DNA of 64,000 bases from Thiotrichaceae bacterium (GTDB lineage Bacteria > Pseudomonadota > Gammaproteobacteria > Eutrophobiales > Eutrophobiaceae). Position 1 is the stretch's first letter, and every line of letters starts with the position of its first letter. The position numbers and the translations under genes were made by a program. The stretch is from the NCBI GenBank assembly GCA_012960105.1, contig DUBV01000005.1:77000-140999 (forward strand), written 5' to 3'. The notes under the pieces were generated by a model. The model did not search any database, had not been told where the DNA came from, and saw only the letters and a program-made list of their open reading frames with translations. This document shows, in pieces, positions 41,182-53,266 of the stretch.

Positions 41182-41521
41182 TGACGAACCTGAAGTTCGA
41201 AGCGCAATAAATGTCATGTTGTCTGATCAATACGAAATTAAGGAATTAGTAACGGTTAATGAAGTGATTAAATACTGAAATAAAAATTCAGTTGATCTGA
41301 TTATTACGGACTTATTTATGCCGGAAAAATCAGGTCTGGATCTGATCGAAATCATCAATGAAATGAATTATGATGTTAAATTATTAGCAGTATCAGGTGG
41401 CAGCCGCAAAAGTAAATGTGACTTTCTTCCTGTCGCAGAACTTATGGGGGCACATGATATTTTGCATAAACCATTTACTCCAAATGAACTTCGGGGAAAA
41501 GTGGGGGCGTTATTAAACTAA
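41156..41521 (+). pseudogene. Single-domain CheY-like response regulator with an in-frame stop
   Basis: Manual translation from ATG 41156: MMKKIVVVDDEPEVR...VIKY*NKNSVDLIITDLFMPEKSG...AVSGG...HKPF, with TGA at 41276-41278. Confidence 0.82.
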
Positions 41522-41591
41522 GAATTATATAACTTAAGGTTATGTAAAAATAACTTTTCATAAGCAAATCAAAAGAGTCATTATCGATTAA

Positions 41592-42549
<958 letters not shown>

Positions 42550-42643
42550 GGCAATTCCTACTGTATATTAAGCATTAAGATTTAATTGATGATAATTAAA
42601 ATAAAAGCAGTTGACGAGTTGAATTTAATTAAACAAGGACACT

Positions 42644-43900
42644 ATGTCAGAAAATCTTATTAATATTATTAAAGTAGCACTGGTAAATATATTTTATTTT
42701 ACCCGTTTCTTTCTGCGTCATTTCTATGCCCTTCGGGGCATGCAAACCGCATCGTCACTCGCGTATACCTCACTGCTTTCTCTTGTTCCCTTAGTTACAG
42801 TCATGTTTGGCTTATTTGGCAGCATTTCAGTTTTGCAGGATTTTTCTGATGCAATTCAAGATTTTGTCTTTTCCAGCTTTGTACCTGAATTTGGCTGGAC
42901 GGTGCAATCCTATATCTCCGATTTTTCTACCAAAGCATCGCAACTGACAATAAGTGGTAGTTTGGTTCTGGTTTTGATAGCCATCATGTTAATGGCGACG
43001 ATTGATAATGCTTTTAATCGCATCTGGATCGTAAAGAATAAACGTAGCCCAATTGCGCGCTTACTGGTTTATTGGGGTGTGTTAACAATGGGGCCGTTAT
43101 TAATCGGTGCTGGTTTGGCGACAACTTCTTATTTGCTTTCGTTACCCGTTGTTGCTGATGTTGATACAACATTTAATTTAAAAGCACGTTTGCTTAGTTG
43201 GCTGCCTTTTCTAACAACATCAACTGCATTTAGTTTGATTTATATTCTGATCCCGAATTGCTTTGTGTCAAAAAAACATGCTTTGACGGGCGGTGTTATC
43301 AGCGCCGTGTTATTTGAATTAGCAAAATATGGATTCGGAATCTATGTAAAAGAAATGCCGAGTTATGAAAATATTTACGGTGCTGTTGCAGTCATCCCTC
43401 TTTTTCTAATCTGGATTTATGTGTCATGGGTGATAGTTTTGTTTGGTGCCCATATTACATTTTGTCTTTCATCGTTTCGTTTGCAAGATGAGATAGAACA
43501 TCGTAGTAAAGGCAGTTGGACGTATCTTGATGCATTGCGAGTACTTGATGTTATGTATCAAGCGCAAAAAAATGGTGAGACTATTTCTGTTTCTAAATTA
43601 ATAAAAAATAATATTTTATTGCCGCATCATCAGATGAACGAGCTTCTGGAACATCTGAAAAGATTAAAATGGGTTAATCAAAATTCAAGTGATCAATGGT
43701 TGTTATCAAAAGATATGAAAGAAACCAGTCTGTATGATTTACATACGGTATTGCCGGTTCGCTTGCCTATAACTACTAATGAACTAGAGCAAGATAAGTT
43801 TTCCAGTAAATTGAAAGCTTGTCTTGCTAATCACCATCAGGAAGTCGCTCAACATTTATCTATATCGATACATGATTTTCTTAAAGAGGAAAGTGCGTAA
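42644..43900 (+). CDS. yihY: YihY/BrkB family inner membrane protein with C-terminal extension
   Basis: ASSLAYTSLLSLVP, AFNRIW, FELAKYGF, YENIYGAVA, WIYVSW. Confidence 0.88.
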   Translation: MSENLINIIKVALVNIFYFTRFFLRHFYALRGMQTASSLAYTSLLSLVPLVTVMFGLFGSISVLQDFSDAIQDFVFSSFVPEFGWTVQSYISDFSTKASQLTISGSLVLVLIAIMLMATIDNAFNRIWIVKNKRSPIARLLVYWGVLTMGPLLIGAGLATTSYLLSLPVVADVDTTFNLKARLLSWLPFLTTSTAFSLIYILIPNCFVSKKHALTGGVISAVLFELAKYGFGIYVKEMPSYENIYGAVAVIPLFLIWIYVSWVIVLFGAHITFCLSSFRLQDEIEHRSKGSWTYLDALRVLDVMYQAQKNGETISVSKLIKNNILLPHHQMNELLEHLKRLKWVNQNSSDQWLLSKDMKETSLYDLHTVLPVRLPITTNELEQDKFSSKLKACLANHHQEVAQHLSISIHDFLKEESA

Positions 43901-43905
43901 ACTAC

Positions 43906-45495
43906 CTACCTCGTCTTATAGCTGAATACTTCATAAGATGTTGTCGACTCAAACATAGTGTTGGCGGCAATCAATTCACTTTTATCGTCAAATTTTATTT
44001 CCATTTCTCTTTCAGCAGCATAAAGACCTTTCTCTACTATGATTGAAAGTTCATTCGGATCACTGTTGTGACTGACTAAAAATGCTGGTTTGAACAGGCA
44101 ATCTGCTTTCTTTCCATTACTGGCGCGTAGCGCAACAGGCTTGGCCGTTTCGGCAATAACTTGTAAGCCTATTTTATGTACGGTTTTACTTACCATTAAC
44201 CATCGAGTGACCGCTATGTTCCATGAATTGTTTTCACCATCGAGCTTTATACCGACGAGGTCGCCTACGCGAATTGCTTTTTTGGGTTTATCGTCGCGGA
44301 TTATTGCGAAGCCGCCGGAACCCTGATCAACAATTCGCCAACCTTCAGGAGTGCAGTGTGTTCCTGTATGTGAAATAGTTACATCTTCTGAAATATCGAT
44401 CTCATCTTCTTCATTATCAATATTTGTATCACTTTTGAAGGCATTGCCATTGTTTAAAAAATAATAAACCGCACTGATACCAGAAACTACACTTAAGCTG
44501 CCCGATTTTGTTTTCCTTGGAAAATAACGTTTAGGTGGAAGCCCCCATGCTTTTAACATATGTGCGAGTAATGATTTTGCATAAAACGGTGATAGCACAA
44601 TTGACTGATCGATAGGTTGATCTATCTGAATTAAATCAATTTGTTTTTGTATTAAGTTTTCAAGCGGGGTTGAATCAAGTAAGCGTGTTTTGTTATTGAT
44701 ATTGGCTTGATCAAACTTTGCATAAGCGACCGCTTTATTATCTGTTTTAAGATCAAAAACAAAATAACCACTGGTATTTGAAACGGATTGCATCGGATGT
44801 ATTTGTGTATATTCCACCCAGCTATTAAGTTGTTCGAAAATTTCCCAGATTGCACCAAACGGTAAATGATGTGGGTCAACCAGAGAAGCCATCATGATGC
44901 GTTTATAGGTATGGTCTATGGTCGTGGTAATCTCTTTATTATTGGGGCCCGGTATAGAATAGATTTTTTTATGACACTCCATTGATTCAGCGAAGTCATA
45001 AATAAAATTAAGTTGTTGCCAAACACTTTTTGGAATTGGTGCGTACTCCAAAAAGCTAAATATCAAAGCATGTGATAAGTAATTCATCGACATTAACATT
45101 GCTTCAGTGGGTGGTTTGGTTTTTTTCCAAAGCGTTTTTGTATTCAATGCTGAATCAAATGCGAGCTTACAACTGTAGCTCAGAGAAACAGCGATGTGTT
45201 TCAATTGTGTCAGTTGGGTTCCCACTACTTCAATCGTTTGTAATGTATGTTGCGCGCCGGTGTTTATTTGCGATTCCACATAATATTGATAAGGGCGGTT
45301 ATAGAGTTCGATTAATTCAATTCGAACTGAAGATTTGATATCTGCTTTATTCGTAGCAATTAGCGCTTCGTTTAGTAAAGCGCAGGTTTTTTTGAAGTCG
45401 AGGTAGGGCAGTGACTCAAGCCATTCCTCAATATAGAGTGGACGAGTCTCTATCTCATCTCCTTGGGCAGATTTTTTTAGCGGTAGTTGATCCAT
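43906..45495 (-). CDS. FimW-like protein with a PilZ-type c-di-GMP-binding region
   Basis: Helical N-terminus (WLESLP), then KRYFPR (RxxxR) and DQGSGG before a beta-rich region (VGDLVG, VTRWL, IGLQVI). Confidence 0.55.
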   Translation of the reverse strand: MDQLPLKKSAQGDEIETRPLYIEEWLESLPYLDFKKTCALLNEALIATNKADIKSSVRIELIELYNRPYQYYVESQINTGAQHTLQTIEVVGTQLTQLKHIAVSLSYSCKLAFDSALNTKTLWKKTKPPTEAMLMSMNYLSHALIFSFLEYAPIPKSVWQQLNFIYDFAESMECHKKIYSIPGPNNKEITTTIDHTYKRIMMASLVDPHHLPFGAIWEIFEQLNSWVEYTQIHPMQSVSNTSGYFVFDLKTDNKAVAYAKFDQANINNKTRLLDSTPLENLIQKQIDLIQIDQPIDQSIVLSPFYAKSLLAHMLKAWGLPPKRYFPRKTKSGSLSVVSGISAVYYFLNNGNAFKSDTNIDNEEDEIDISEDVTISHTGTHCTPEGWRIVDQGSGGFAIIRDDKPKKAIRVGDLVGIKLDGENNSWNIAVTRWLMVSKTVHKIGLQVIAETAKPVALRASNGKKADCLFKPAFLVSHNSDPNELSIIVEKGLYAAEREMEIKFDDKSELIAANTMFESTTSYEVFSYKTR

Positions 45496-45824
45496 AATAT
45501 TTATTCTTTATTATTTATAGCCTGTATTTATTGCTTTACTACTTAAAAATGTAGTTTGGTAAATACTCTATCAGCAATATCCGTTCCAATAGTTAGTTTT
45601 TATTTTGGAAATACTGTGATGGACTACTCGTTAAGTGTAGTTCAAGGTAGGCACAACAAACTTGCATTAGGTTTTCCTTAACCATCAAGTATTTCCATAT
45701 ATATCAATAAGATATGTTTGTTATTTTGTTTTACAGCATTATATAAATGCTCAAACAAATACTAAGCGGAGAATTATGTCTCAATTAAGAGACAGCCATA
45801 ATGATATTTAAGTGATTGATAATT

Positions 45825-46094
45825 ATGAATAAATCAATAAATTGTTATGTCAGCGGACGCGTTCAAGGGGTTTGTTTTCGGATGTCGACCAGCCAACAGG
45901 CCAAAATACTGGGTTTAACCGGTTGGGTGAGGAATCTGGACGATGGTCGGGTTGAAGTTCTTGCTAGTGGAAAAGCGCCACAAATAGATCAATTACAAAA
46001 ATGGTTGGCGCATGGCCCTAGCATGGCAAAGGTTCTGAATATTGAGTACCGAGTTATCGAATACCAGGAGTTTCCAAATTTCTCAATTCGCTAA
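45825..46094 (+). CDS. acyP: Acylphosphatase
   Basis: VSGRVQGVCFR and GLTGWVRNLDDGRVE. Confidence 0.93.
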   Translation: MNKSINCYVSGRVQGVCFRMSTSQQAKILGLTGWVRNLDDGRVEVLASGKAPQIDQLQKWLAHGPSMAKVLNIEYRVIEYQEFPNFSIR

Positions 46095-46095
46095 T

Positions 46096-47814
46096 CTAGC
46101 TCAGTTTTTCTTTAATAAATTCAATAGCTGTTTCTAAAGAAATATTCTGGTTATCCGTATCTGTTCTCGCCTTATATTCAATCTCACCGGCATCCAGCCC
46201 TTTTTCACTGAAGACCATGCGATGCGGAATACCTATTAATTCCATATCGGCAAACATAACGCCAGGGCGTTCACGTCTGTCATCAAGAACGACATCTACA
46301 CCAGCAGCTAACAGTTGCTCATAAAATTCCATAACAGCGTCACGTAGTCGAACTGATTTGTGCATATTGATAGGAACGAGGGCGAGTTCAAAAGGCGCTA
46401 TGGATGCGGGCCAGATAATGCCTTTTTCATCATTGTTCTGTTCAATAGTGGCAGCGACGATGCGCGAGACACCGATGCCATAACAACCCATCGTGAGCGT
46501 GGTTGCTTTGCCTTGTTCGTTGAGACAAGTGGCTTTTAATTTAGAACTGTATTTAGTACCGAGTTGAAAGATATGTCCGACTTCAATACCGCGGGCAAAT
46601 TCTATTTTTCCGGAACCATCTTCAGCCATATCGCCTTCGCAGACATTACGAATATCAACCGTAGTTGCTAGTGGACAATCACGTTCCCAATTAACACCCG
46701 TTAAATGCTGTCCATCGGTATTCGCACCACAGACGAAATCAGAAACAATACCTGCACTATGATCAACATAAACAGTAATGGATGTTTTATCCGATATTCC
46801 GACTGGCCCGATTGATCCAACACCACAACCAATTGCAGATTCAATCTCTTTATTGTCTGCAAAAGTAAGTGGGCTTAATACGCCGTCTAATTTTTCTGCT
46901 TTGATTTCATTCAATTCATGGTCGCCTCTCAAAACAAAGGCAACTAACCCGTCATCGTTAGATTTAACAATTAGTGTTTTCAAACATTGCGCTGTGTCGA
47001 TATTCAAAAATTGACTGACTTCTTCAATGCTATGTTGATCAGGCGTATCCACCGTTTCCATCGTTTTAACGGCTTCAGGCCGAGCTTGTTCAGGTTTTAC
47101 TGCGACAGCTTGTTCCATATTCGCGGCATAGTCGCCTTTATCAGAAAAGACGATAAGGTCTTCGCCAGAATCAGCCAATACGTGAAATTCATGCGATTTG
47201 CTACCACCAATACTGCCTGAGTCCGCAATCACTGCGCGGAAGTTCAAGCCGACGCGAGTGAATATATTTGAATAGGTGGTGTACATCTGTTCGTAGGTTT
47301 CTTGCAAAGATTCGTCAGTCAGATGAAAGGAATAAGCATCTTTCATTAAAAACTCACGTGCGCGCATAATGCCAAAACGTGGTCGCACTTCATCTCTAAA
47401 CTTGGTTTGAATCTGGTAAAAATTGATGGGTAATTGTTTGTAACTGCGAATTTCACGTCTGGCCAAATCGGTAATGATTTCTTCATGAGTTGGGCCAAAG
47501 CAGAATTCACGGTCATGACGATCATTGATTCTCAATAACTCAGGGCCATATTGTTCCCAACGTTCAGACTCTTGCCATAACTCAGCAGGCTGAATGGCAG
47601 ACATCATAATTTCCTGTGCTCCAGCGCGATTCATTTCGTCTCTGACAATCGCTTCTACTTTACGCAAAACACGTAACCCTAGTGGTAACCAAGTGTAAAT
47701 CCCCGAAGCTAATTGTCGGATCATGCCCGCGCGTAGCATTAACTGATGGCTAGCGATCTCGGCATCGGCAGGTGCTTCACGCAGCGTTGCCATTAATAAT
47801 TGTGATGTTTTCAT
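46096..47814 (-). CDS. proS: Proline--tRNA ligase with editing domain
   Basis: [47 protein letters not shown]. Confidence 0.98.
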   Translation of the reverse strand: MKTSQLLMATLREAPADAEIASHQLMLRAGMIRQLASGIYTWLPLGLRVLRKVEAIVRDEMNRAGAQEIMMSAIQPAELWQESERWEQYGPELLRINDRHDREFCFGPTHEEIITDLARREIRSYKQLPINFYQIQTKFRDEVRPRFGIMRAREFLMKDAYSFHLTDESLQETYEQMYTTYSNIFTRVGLNFRAVIADSGSIGGSKSHEFHVLADSGEDLIVFSDKGDYAANMEQAVAVKPEQARPEAVKTMETVDTPDQHSIEEVSQFLNIDTAQCLKTLIVKSNDDGLVAFVLRGDHELNEIKAEKLDGVLSPLTFADNKEIESAIGCGVGSIGPVGISDKTSITVYVDHSAGIVSDFVCGANTDGQHLTGVNWERDCPLATTVDIRNVCEGDMAEDGSGKIEFARGIEVGHIFQLGTKYSSKLKATCLNEQGKATTLTMGCYGIGVSRIVAATIEQNNDEKGIIWPASIAPFELALVPINMHKSVRLRDAVMEFYEQLLAAGVDVVLDDRRERPGVMFADMELIGIPHRMVFSEKGLDAGEIEYKARTDTDNQNISLETAIEFIKEKLS

Positions 47815-48046
47815 ATTATCGGTCTAAGTTTGGGTCTAATTATTTGGGTCTATTTTTATGGGCTGTTTCAGAAAAACTTCAAAGCTTGAGAATATTCTAA
47901 GTGAAGCTTATTAAACGCCGTATCATAAACGATTAATGAAAAGAATGCGTATGCTAAGTAGTCTTGAATGTATTCAATAATTACAGTGAAATTTTAGCTG
48001 TTATTGCGCTGATTTTAGCTATTCTCCCGAATATCGAATACATTGC

Positions 48047-48075
48047 TTGACCTGACCCAATAATCTCAGTAACTT
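48047..48075 (+). promoter_or_regulatory. Candidate sigma70 promoter of ilvIHC
   Basis: TTGACC-N17-TAACTT ending 45 bp before the GTG start. Confidence 0.5.
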
Positions 48076-48119
48076 CGCGCGTTTCGACGCAATTTATTAA
48101 CAAACTGGTAAGGCAAGTA

Positions 48120-49853
48120 GTGGCTAAAAATAAAGAGATTTTACGAGGGGCAGACATATTCTGTCGCGCATTGAAGGACGAAGGTGTTAAACACCTATTT
48201 GGTTATCCTGGCGGTGCGGTTTTACATATTTATGATGCACTTTATAAGCAAGATGCTGTAGAGCATATTCTTGTGCGCCATGAACAAGGTGCAACTCATG
48301 CAGCGGATGGTTATGCGCGTGCAACGGGTAAGCCGGGCGTCGTGCTGGTGACTTCAGGTCCGGGTGCGACTAATGCTGTAACCGGTATTGCTACTGCTTA
48401 TCTGGATTCTATTCCTCTCGTCGTATTCACCGGTCAAGTGCCTCGAGCCATGATCGGCAATGATGCATTTCAGGAAGTCGATTCCATTGGTATTACGCGT
48501 CCGTGTGTAAAACATAATTTCCTCGTCAAAGATGTGAAAGATTTGGCGACAACCATAAAGAAAGCATTTTATATTGCCACTAGCGGTCGTCCCGGCCCTG
48601 TAGTGGTTGATATCCCTAAAGATGTTACCGCTGATTCGTGTGAGTACGAATATCCAAAAACAGTGGTTATGCCTTCGTATAAACCGGTCCTTAAAGGTCA
48701 TCCTGGGCAGATTAAAAAAGCGGCAGATTTAATTCTGGCAGCGAAGAAGCCGATGATTTATTCCGGTGGCGGCGTTATTTTAGGTGAGTCCAGTAAAGAA
48801 TTAAGAGAGTTTACAAAATTACTCGGCTATCCCATTACCAATACCTTGATGGGACTGGGCGCCTATAAGGCAACGGATAAACAGTTTGTTGGTATGTTGG
48901 GTATGCATGGTACCTATGAAGCCAATATGGCGATGCATCAATGTGATGTCTTGATTGCTATTGGTGTACGGTTTGATGATCGTGTTACCGGCGATTTGGA
49001 GAAGTTTTGTCCTAACGCGAAAATTATTCATATTGATGTTGACCCATCTTCTATTGCCAAGAACGTTCCTGTTGATGTGCCTATCGTCGGCGATGTTAAA
49101 CATGTGCTTAAAGATTTAATCGGCTTATTAAAAGCGGATATAAAGAATCTTGATAAAAAAGTGATTAAGCCGTGGTGGAAACAAATTGATGAATGGCGTG
49201 CTATTGATTGTCTGAAATTCGATCGCACTACCGATGTTATTAAACCACAGTATGTTATCGAGAAGTTATGGGAGCTGACCAAAGGTGATGCTTATGTGAC
49301 TTCTGATGTAGGCCAACATCAAATGTGGGCGGCACAATTTTATAAATTCGACAAACCACGTCGCTGGATTAATTCCGGTGGTCTCGGCACCATGGGTTTT
49401 GGTATCCCTGCGGCGATGGGCGTTAAAATGGCATTTCCTGATGAGACCGTGGCCTGTATTTCTGGTGAAGCCAGTCTGGTGATGTGTATACAAGAATTGT
49501 CTACTTGTTTGCAATATAACACCGGTATAAAAATCTTAAGTTTGAATAACCGCTACATGGGTATGGTGCGTCAATGGCAGGAATTCTTTTATGACAAGCG
49601 TTACTCTCATTCCTATATGGAAGCCTTACCTGACTTTGTCAAAATGGCAGAGAGCTATGGTCATGTTGGCATGCGTATCGAAAAGACTAGCGATGTCGAA
49701 GGCGCGATAAAAGAAGCGCTAGCATTAAAAGACCGTACGGTATTAATGGATTTCGTTACTGACCAGACCGAGAATGTCTATCCAATGATCGGTGCTGGAA
49801 AGGGTCATCATGAAATGCATTTGTCGACAGATATCAAGAGGGAGCTTGCTTAA
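48120..49853 (+). CDS. ilvI: Acetolactate synthase large subunit
   Basis: FGYPGGAVL, RHEQGA, TSGPGATN, RFDDRVTG, DVGQHQMW, GMVRQWQ. Confidence 0.95.
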   Translation: MAKNKEILRGADIFCRALKDEGVKHLFGYPGGAVLHIYDALYKQDAVEHILVRHEQGATHAADGYARATGKPGVVLVTSGPGATNAVTGIATAYLDSIPLVVFTGQVPRAMIGNDAFQEVDSIGITRPCVKHNFLVKDVKDLATTIKKAFYIATSGRPGPVVVDIPKDVTADSCEYEYPKTVVMPSYKPVLKGHPGQIKKAADLILAAKKPMIYSGGGVILGESSKELREFTKLLGYPITNTLMGLGAYKATDKQFVGMLGMHGTYEANMAMHQCDVLIAIGVRFDDRVTGDLEKFCPNAKIIHIDVDPSSIAKNVPVDVPIVGDVKHVLKDLIGLLKADIKNLDKKVIKPWWKQIDEWRAIDCLKFDRTTDVIKPQYVIEKLWELTKGDAYVTSDVGQHQMWAAQFYKFDKPRRWINSGGLGTMGFGIPAAMGVKMAFPDETVACISGEASLVMCIQELSTCLQYNTGIKILSLNNRYMGMVRQWQEFFYDKRYSHSYMEALPDFVKMAESYGHVGMRIEKTSDVEGAIKEALALKDRTVLMDFVTDQTENVYPMIGAGKGHHEMHLSTDIKRELA

Positions 49854-49855
49854 TT

Positions 49856-50347
49856 ATGCGTCATATCATTTCCCTATTGATGGATAACGAAGCTGGAGCT
49901 TTGTCACGCGTCGCCGGTTTGTTTTCTGCGCGTGCGTTTAATATAGAATCATTAACCGTTGCGCCGACAGAAGATCCTGACGTTTCGCGTATGACTGTGG
50001 TGACTAATGGTTCAGACGCCATCGTTGAACAAATCATGAAGCAATTGAATAAATTGATCGATGTTATCAAGGTGGTCGATTTAAATGATACACGTCATAT
50101 CGAACGTGAATTGATGTTGATTAAAGTATCAACGAAAAAGGCTGCCCGTGATGAAGTAAGATGTCTGGTGGATATTTTTCGTGGTCGTATTATTGATGTC
50201 ACAGAAAATACTTACACAGTAGAAATGACCGGTACTTGCGATAAGCTAGATGCCTTCATCGAAGCATTGGATCACGACTTGATCCTTGAGGTTGTACGTT
50301 CCGGTGTCTCGGGTATATCCCGTGGCGACAAACCGATTCAATCCTAA
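49856..50347 (+). CDS. ilvH: Acetolactate synthase small subunit
   Basis: ACT domain NEAGALSRVAGLFSARAFNIESL, KQLNKLIDV. Confidence 0.95.
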   Translation: MRHIISLLMDNEAGALSRVAGLFSARAFNIESLTVAPTEDPDVSRMTVVTNGSDAIVEQIMKQLNKLIDVIKVVDLNDTRHIERELMLIKVSTKKAARDEVRCLVDIFRGRIIDVTENTYTVEMTGTCDKLDAFIEALDHDLILEVVRSGVSGISRGDKPIQS

Positions 50348-50371
50348 GCAAATAAACTTAAATATTATTAA

Positions 50372-51412
<1,041 letters not shown>

Positions 51413-51472
51413 TTAAAAGTACAAAGACTTTTAAGTTCTAAGCTATAATGCGTTTTACTATTTGATTGCCTT

Positions 51473-52138
51473 ATGAAGATGCCAAGTAACCGGTATCCGT
51501 TCATTGCTCGTGAAGCATGGCCATTCCTGTTTTTTGTTTTTGGTTTGGCTGTGCTAGCGCAATTTCTTATTGGCGCAAGTGCATCTATCGTTTTACTCCT
51601 TATCTTTGTTGTTTTTGTTTATCTGTTCCGTGATCCTACTCGCGAGATACCTTCCGAACCCTTAGCCGTTGTTAGTCCTGTTCATGGCGTGATTACTTTA
51701 ATTGAAGAGGCTGAAGAAATTCATCCGCATGCAAAGACGATACGAGTACAGATTAATATGCGAGCTCATGATATCTATTCCTTACGTGGTCCAATTGAAG
51801 GCAAGGTCATGGAACAATGGTGTTCTTCTACAGATAAAAATGAATCACGTCGACATTTTGATTTTCATATCAAGTCGGATGAAGGTGATGACGTGGTTAC
51901 GGCTATTCGTTTGCGAGATGTGATTCGTAAGTTTCATGTCTATATGCATTCTGGTGAACGCATAGGTCAAGGGCAACGCGGTGGCTATATTTATTTCGGT
52001 GGCCTTGTTGATGTGTTTTTACCAATTGAATCAAAAGTAAAAGTCGAAGTTGGGCAATATGTTGAGTCAGGTAGCAGCGTATTAGCGCATATCATTCATT
52101 CCAAAGCAGCTAGCGTAATTCAAGACGAAGATAACTAG
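51473..52138 (+). CDS. Phosphatidylserine decarboxylase-like protein lacking the catalytic Ser
   Basis: N-terminal TM, FRDPTR, VVSPVHG; C-terminal GQRGGYIYFGGLVDVFLP where active enzymes have FGS; located between ilvC and pssA. Confidence 0.75.
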   Translation: MKMPSNRYPFIAREAWPFLFFVFGLAVLAQFLIGASASIVLLLIFVVFVYLFRDPTREIPSEPLAVVSPVHGVITLIEEAEEIHPHAKTIRVQINMRAHDIYSLRGPIEGKVMEQWCSSTDKNESRRHFDFHIKSDEGDDVVTAIRLRDVIRKFHVYMHSGERIGQGQRGGYIYFGGLVDVFLPIESKVKVEVGQYVESGSSVLAHIIHSKAASVIQDEDN

Positions 52139-52247
52139 TCGATATCACGATCGCTGATTTTAGTTTCATTTCTTTCAGTAAACCCCGTTCAAAGGTAAAC
52201 TCCATGATATGTTTACTTTTTCTTACAAACTCATAAAGGCCTAAAGT

Positions 52248-52985
52248 GTGATGAAACGCAGACGTGGCATTTATCTATTACCGAATCTGTTTACCACAGG
52301 CGCATTGTTTGCTGGTTTCTATTCTATTATTGCGTCGATAAATCAGCACTTCGAAGCCGCTGCGATAGCCATTTTTGTTGCCATGATACTTGATGGTATG
52401 GATGGTCGAATTGCACGAATGACTAATACCCAAAGTGATTTTGGTATGCAATACGATAGTTTGTCAGACATGGTCTCATTTGGCATGGCACCAGCATTAG
52501 TCATGTATCAATGGGCCTTATTTGGAATGGGAAAGCTCGGTTGGTTAGCCGCTTTTGTTTTTACGGCGTCAGCCGCATTGAGACTATCACGCTTTAATAC
52601 GCAAGCTGCAAGTCAGGACAAACGTTATTTTCAAGGTTTACCGAGTCCTGCGGCCGCTGCAGTTTTAGCCGGAATGATTTGGTGTGGGACAGTTTACAAT
52701 TTGATTGATGAGACGACATCATTAGTTTTTTGTCTTCCGGTAACGGTTATCCTCGGCATCTTAATGGTGAGTAATGTTCGTTATCATAGTTTTAAGGAAT
52801 TTGATCTCAAGGGACGAGTGCCCTTTATGGCTATTCTGGTAATTGTGCCAATATTTGTTTTGATTGCGATGGAACCACCATTAGTCTTATTTCTCTTGGC
52901 AGCAAGCTACGCTATTTCAGGGCCAATTTTGACTTTGCTTACTTTACGTAAACATCGAGAAGCTAGAAAAGCGCCCGAATCCTGA
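52248..52985 (+). CDS. pssA: CDP-diacylglycerol--serine O-phosphatidyltransferase
   Basis: LLPNLFT, DGMDGRIARMT...FGMQYDSLSD (CDP-alcohol motif), LRLSRFN, FQGLPSP. Confidence 0.95.
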   Translation: MMKRRRGIYLLPNLFTTGALFAGFYSIIASINQHFEAAAIAIFVAMILDGMDGRIARMTNTQSDFGMQYDSLSDMVSFGMAPALVMYQWALFGMGKLGWLAAFVFTASAALRLSRFNTQAASQDKRYFQGLPSPAAAAVLAGMIWCGTVYNLIDETTSLVFCLPVTVILGILMVSNVRYHSFKEFDLKGRVPFMAILVIVPIFVLIAMEPPLVLFLLAASYAISGPILTLLTLRKHREARKAPES

Positions 52986-53014
52986 TTTTCCTTGATACTG
53001 AACTAGGACAGTAC

Positions 53015-53042
53015 TTGAATTATATTTAAATCAGTTTATATT
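53015..53042 (+). promoter_or_regulatory. Candidate sigma70 promoter of the leuA leader
   Basis: TTGAAT-N16-TATATT; the expected start site falls at about the ATG at 53050. Confidence 0.45.
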
Positions 53043-53049
53043 CGCGTCT

Positions 53050-53142
53050 ATGAACTCAAGCAACATCACAATCAATTCTTTTTCTACTGGCACTCAAGTT
53101 CAGCCAGCAGTACTGTCTCGCCTGCTATTCCTTCTGCCCTAA
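53050..53142 (+). CDS. Putative leuA leader peptide (30 aa)
   Basis: MNSSNITINSFSTGTQVQPAVLSRLLFLLP*; five Leu codons (CTG, CTG, CTA, CTT, CTG) in the last nine codons; 124 bp upstream of leuA. Confidence 0.7.
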   Translation: MNSSNITINSFSTGTQVQPAVLSRLLFLLP

Positions 53143-53266
53143 GGGGCTAATAATCGTTTTACACAATCAGGTTTTGTTATCGCGTTTATATAAATAAACG
53201 CTAATTTCACATTTGTATTGCTCAGGCTATCAACATAGACTGAGCGCGAGTATCGGAGTAAATAAA

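Noticed and set aside
41276-41278. In-frame TGA read as selenocysteine
   Set aside because: The position is non-catalytic in a receiver domain, no SECIS-like hairpin follows, and the neighbouring gene is also disrupted.
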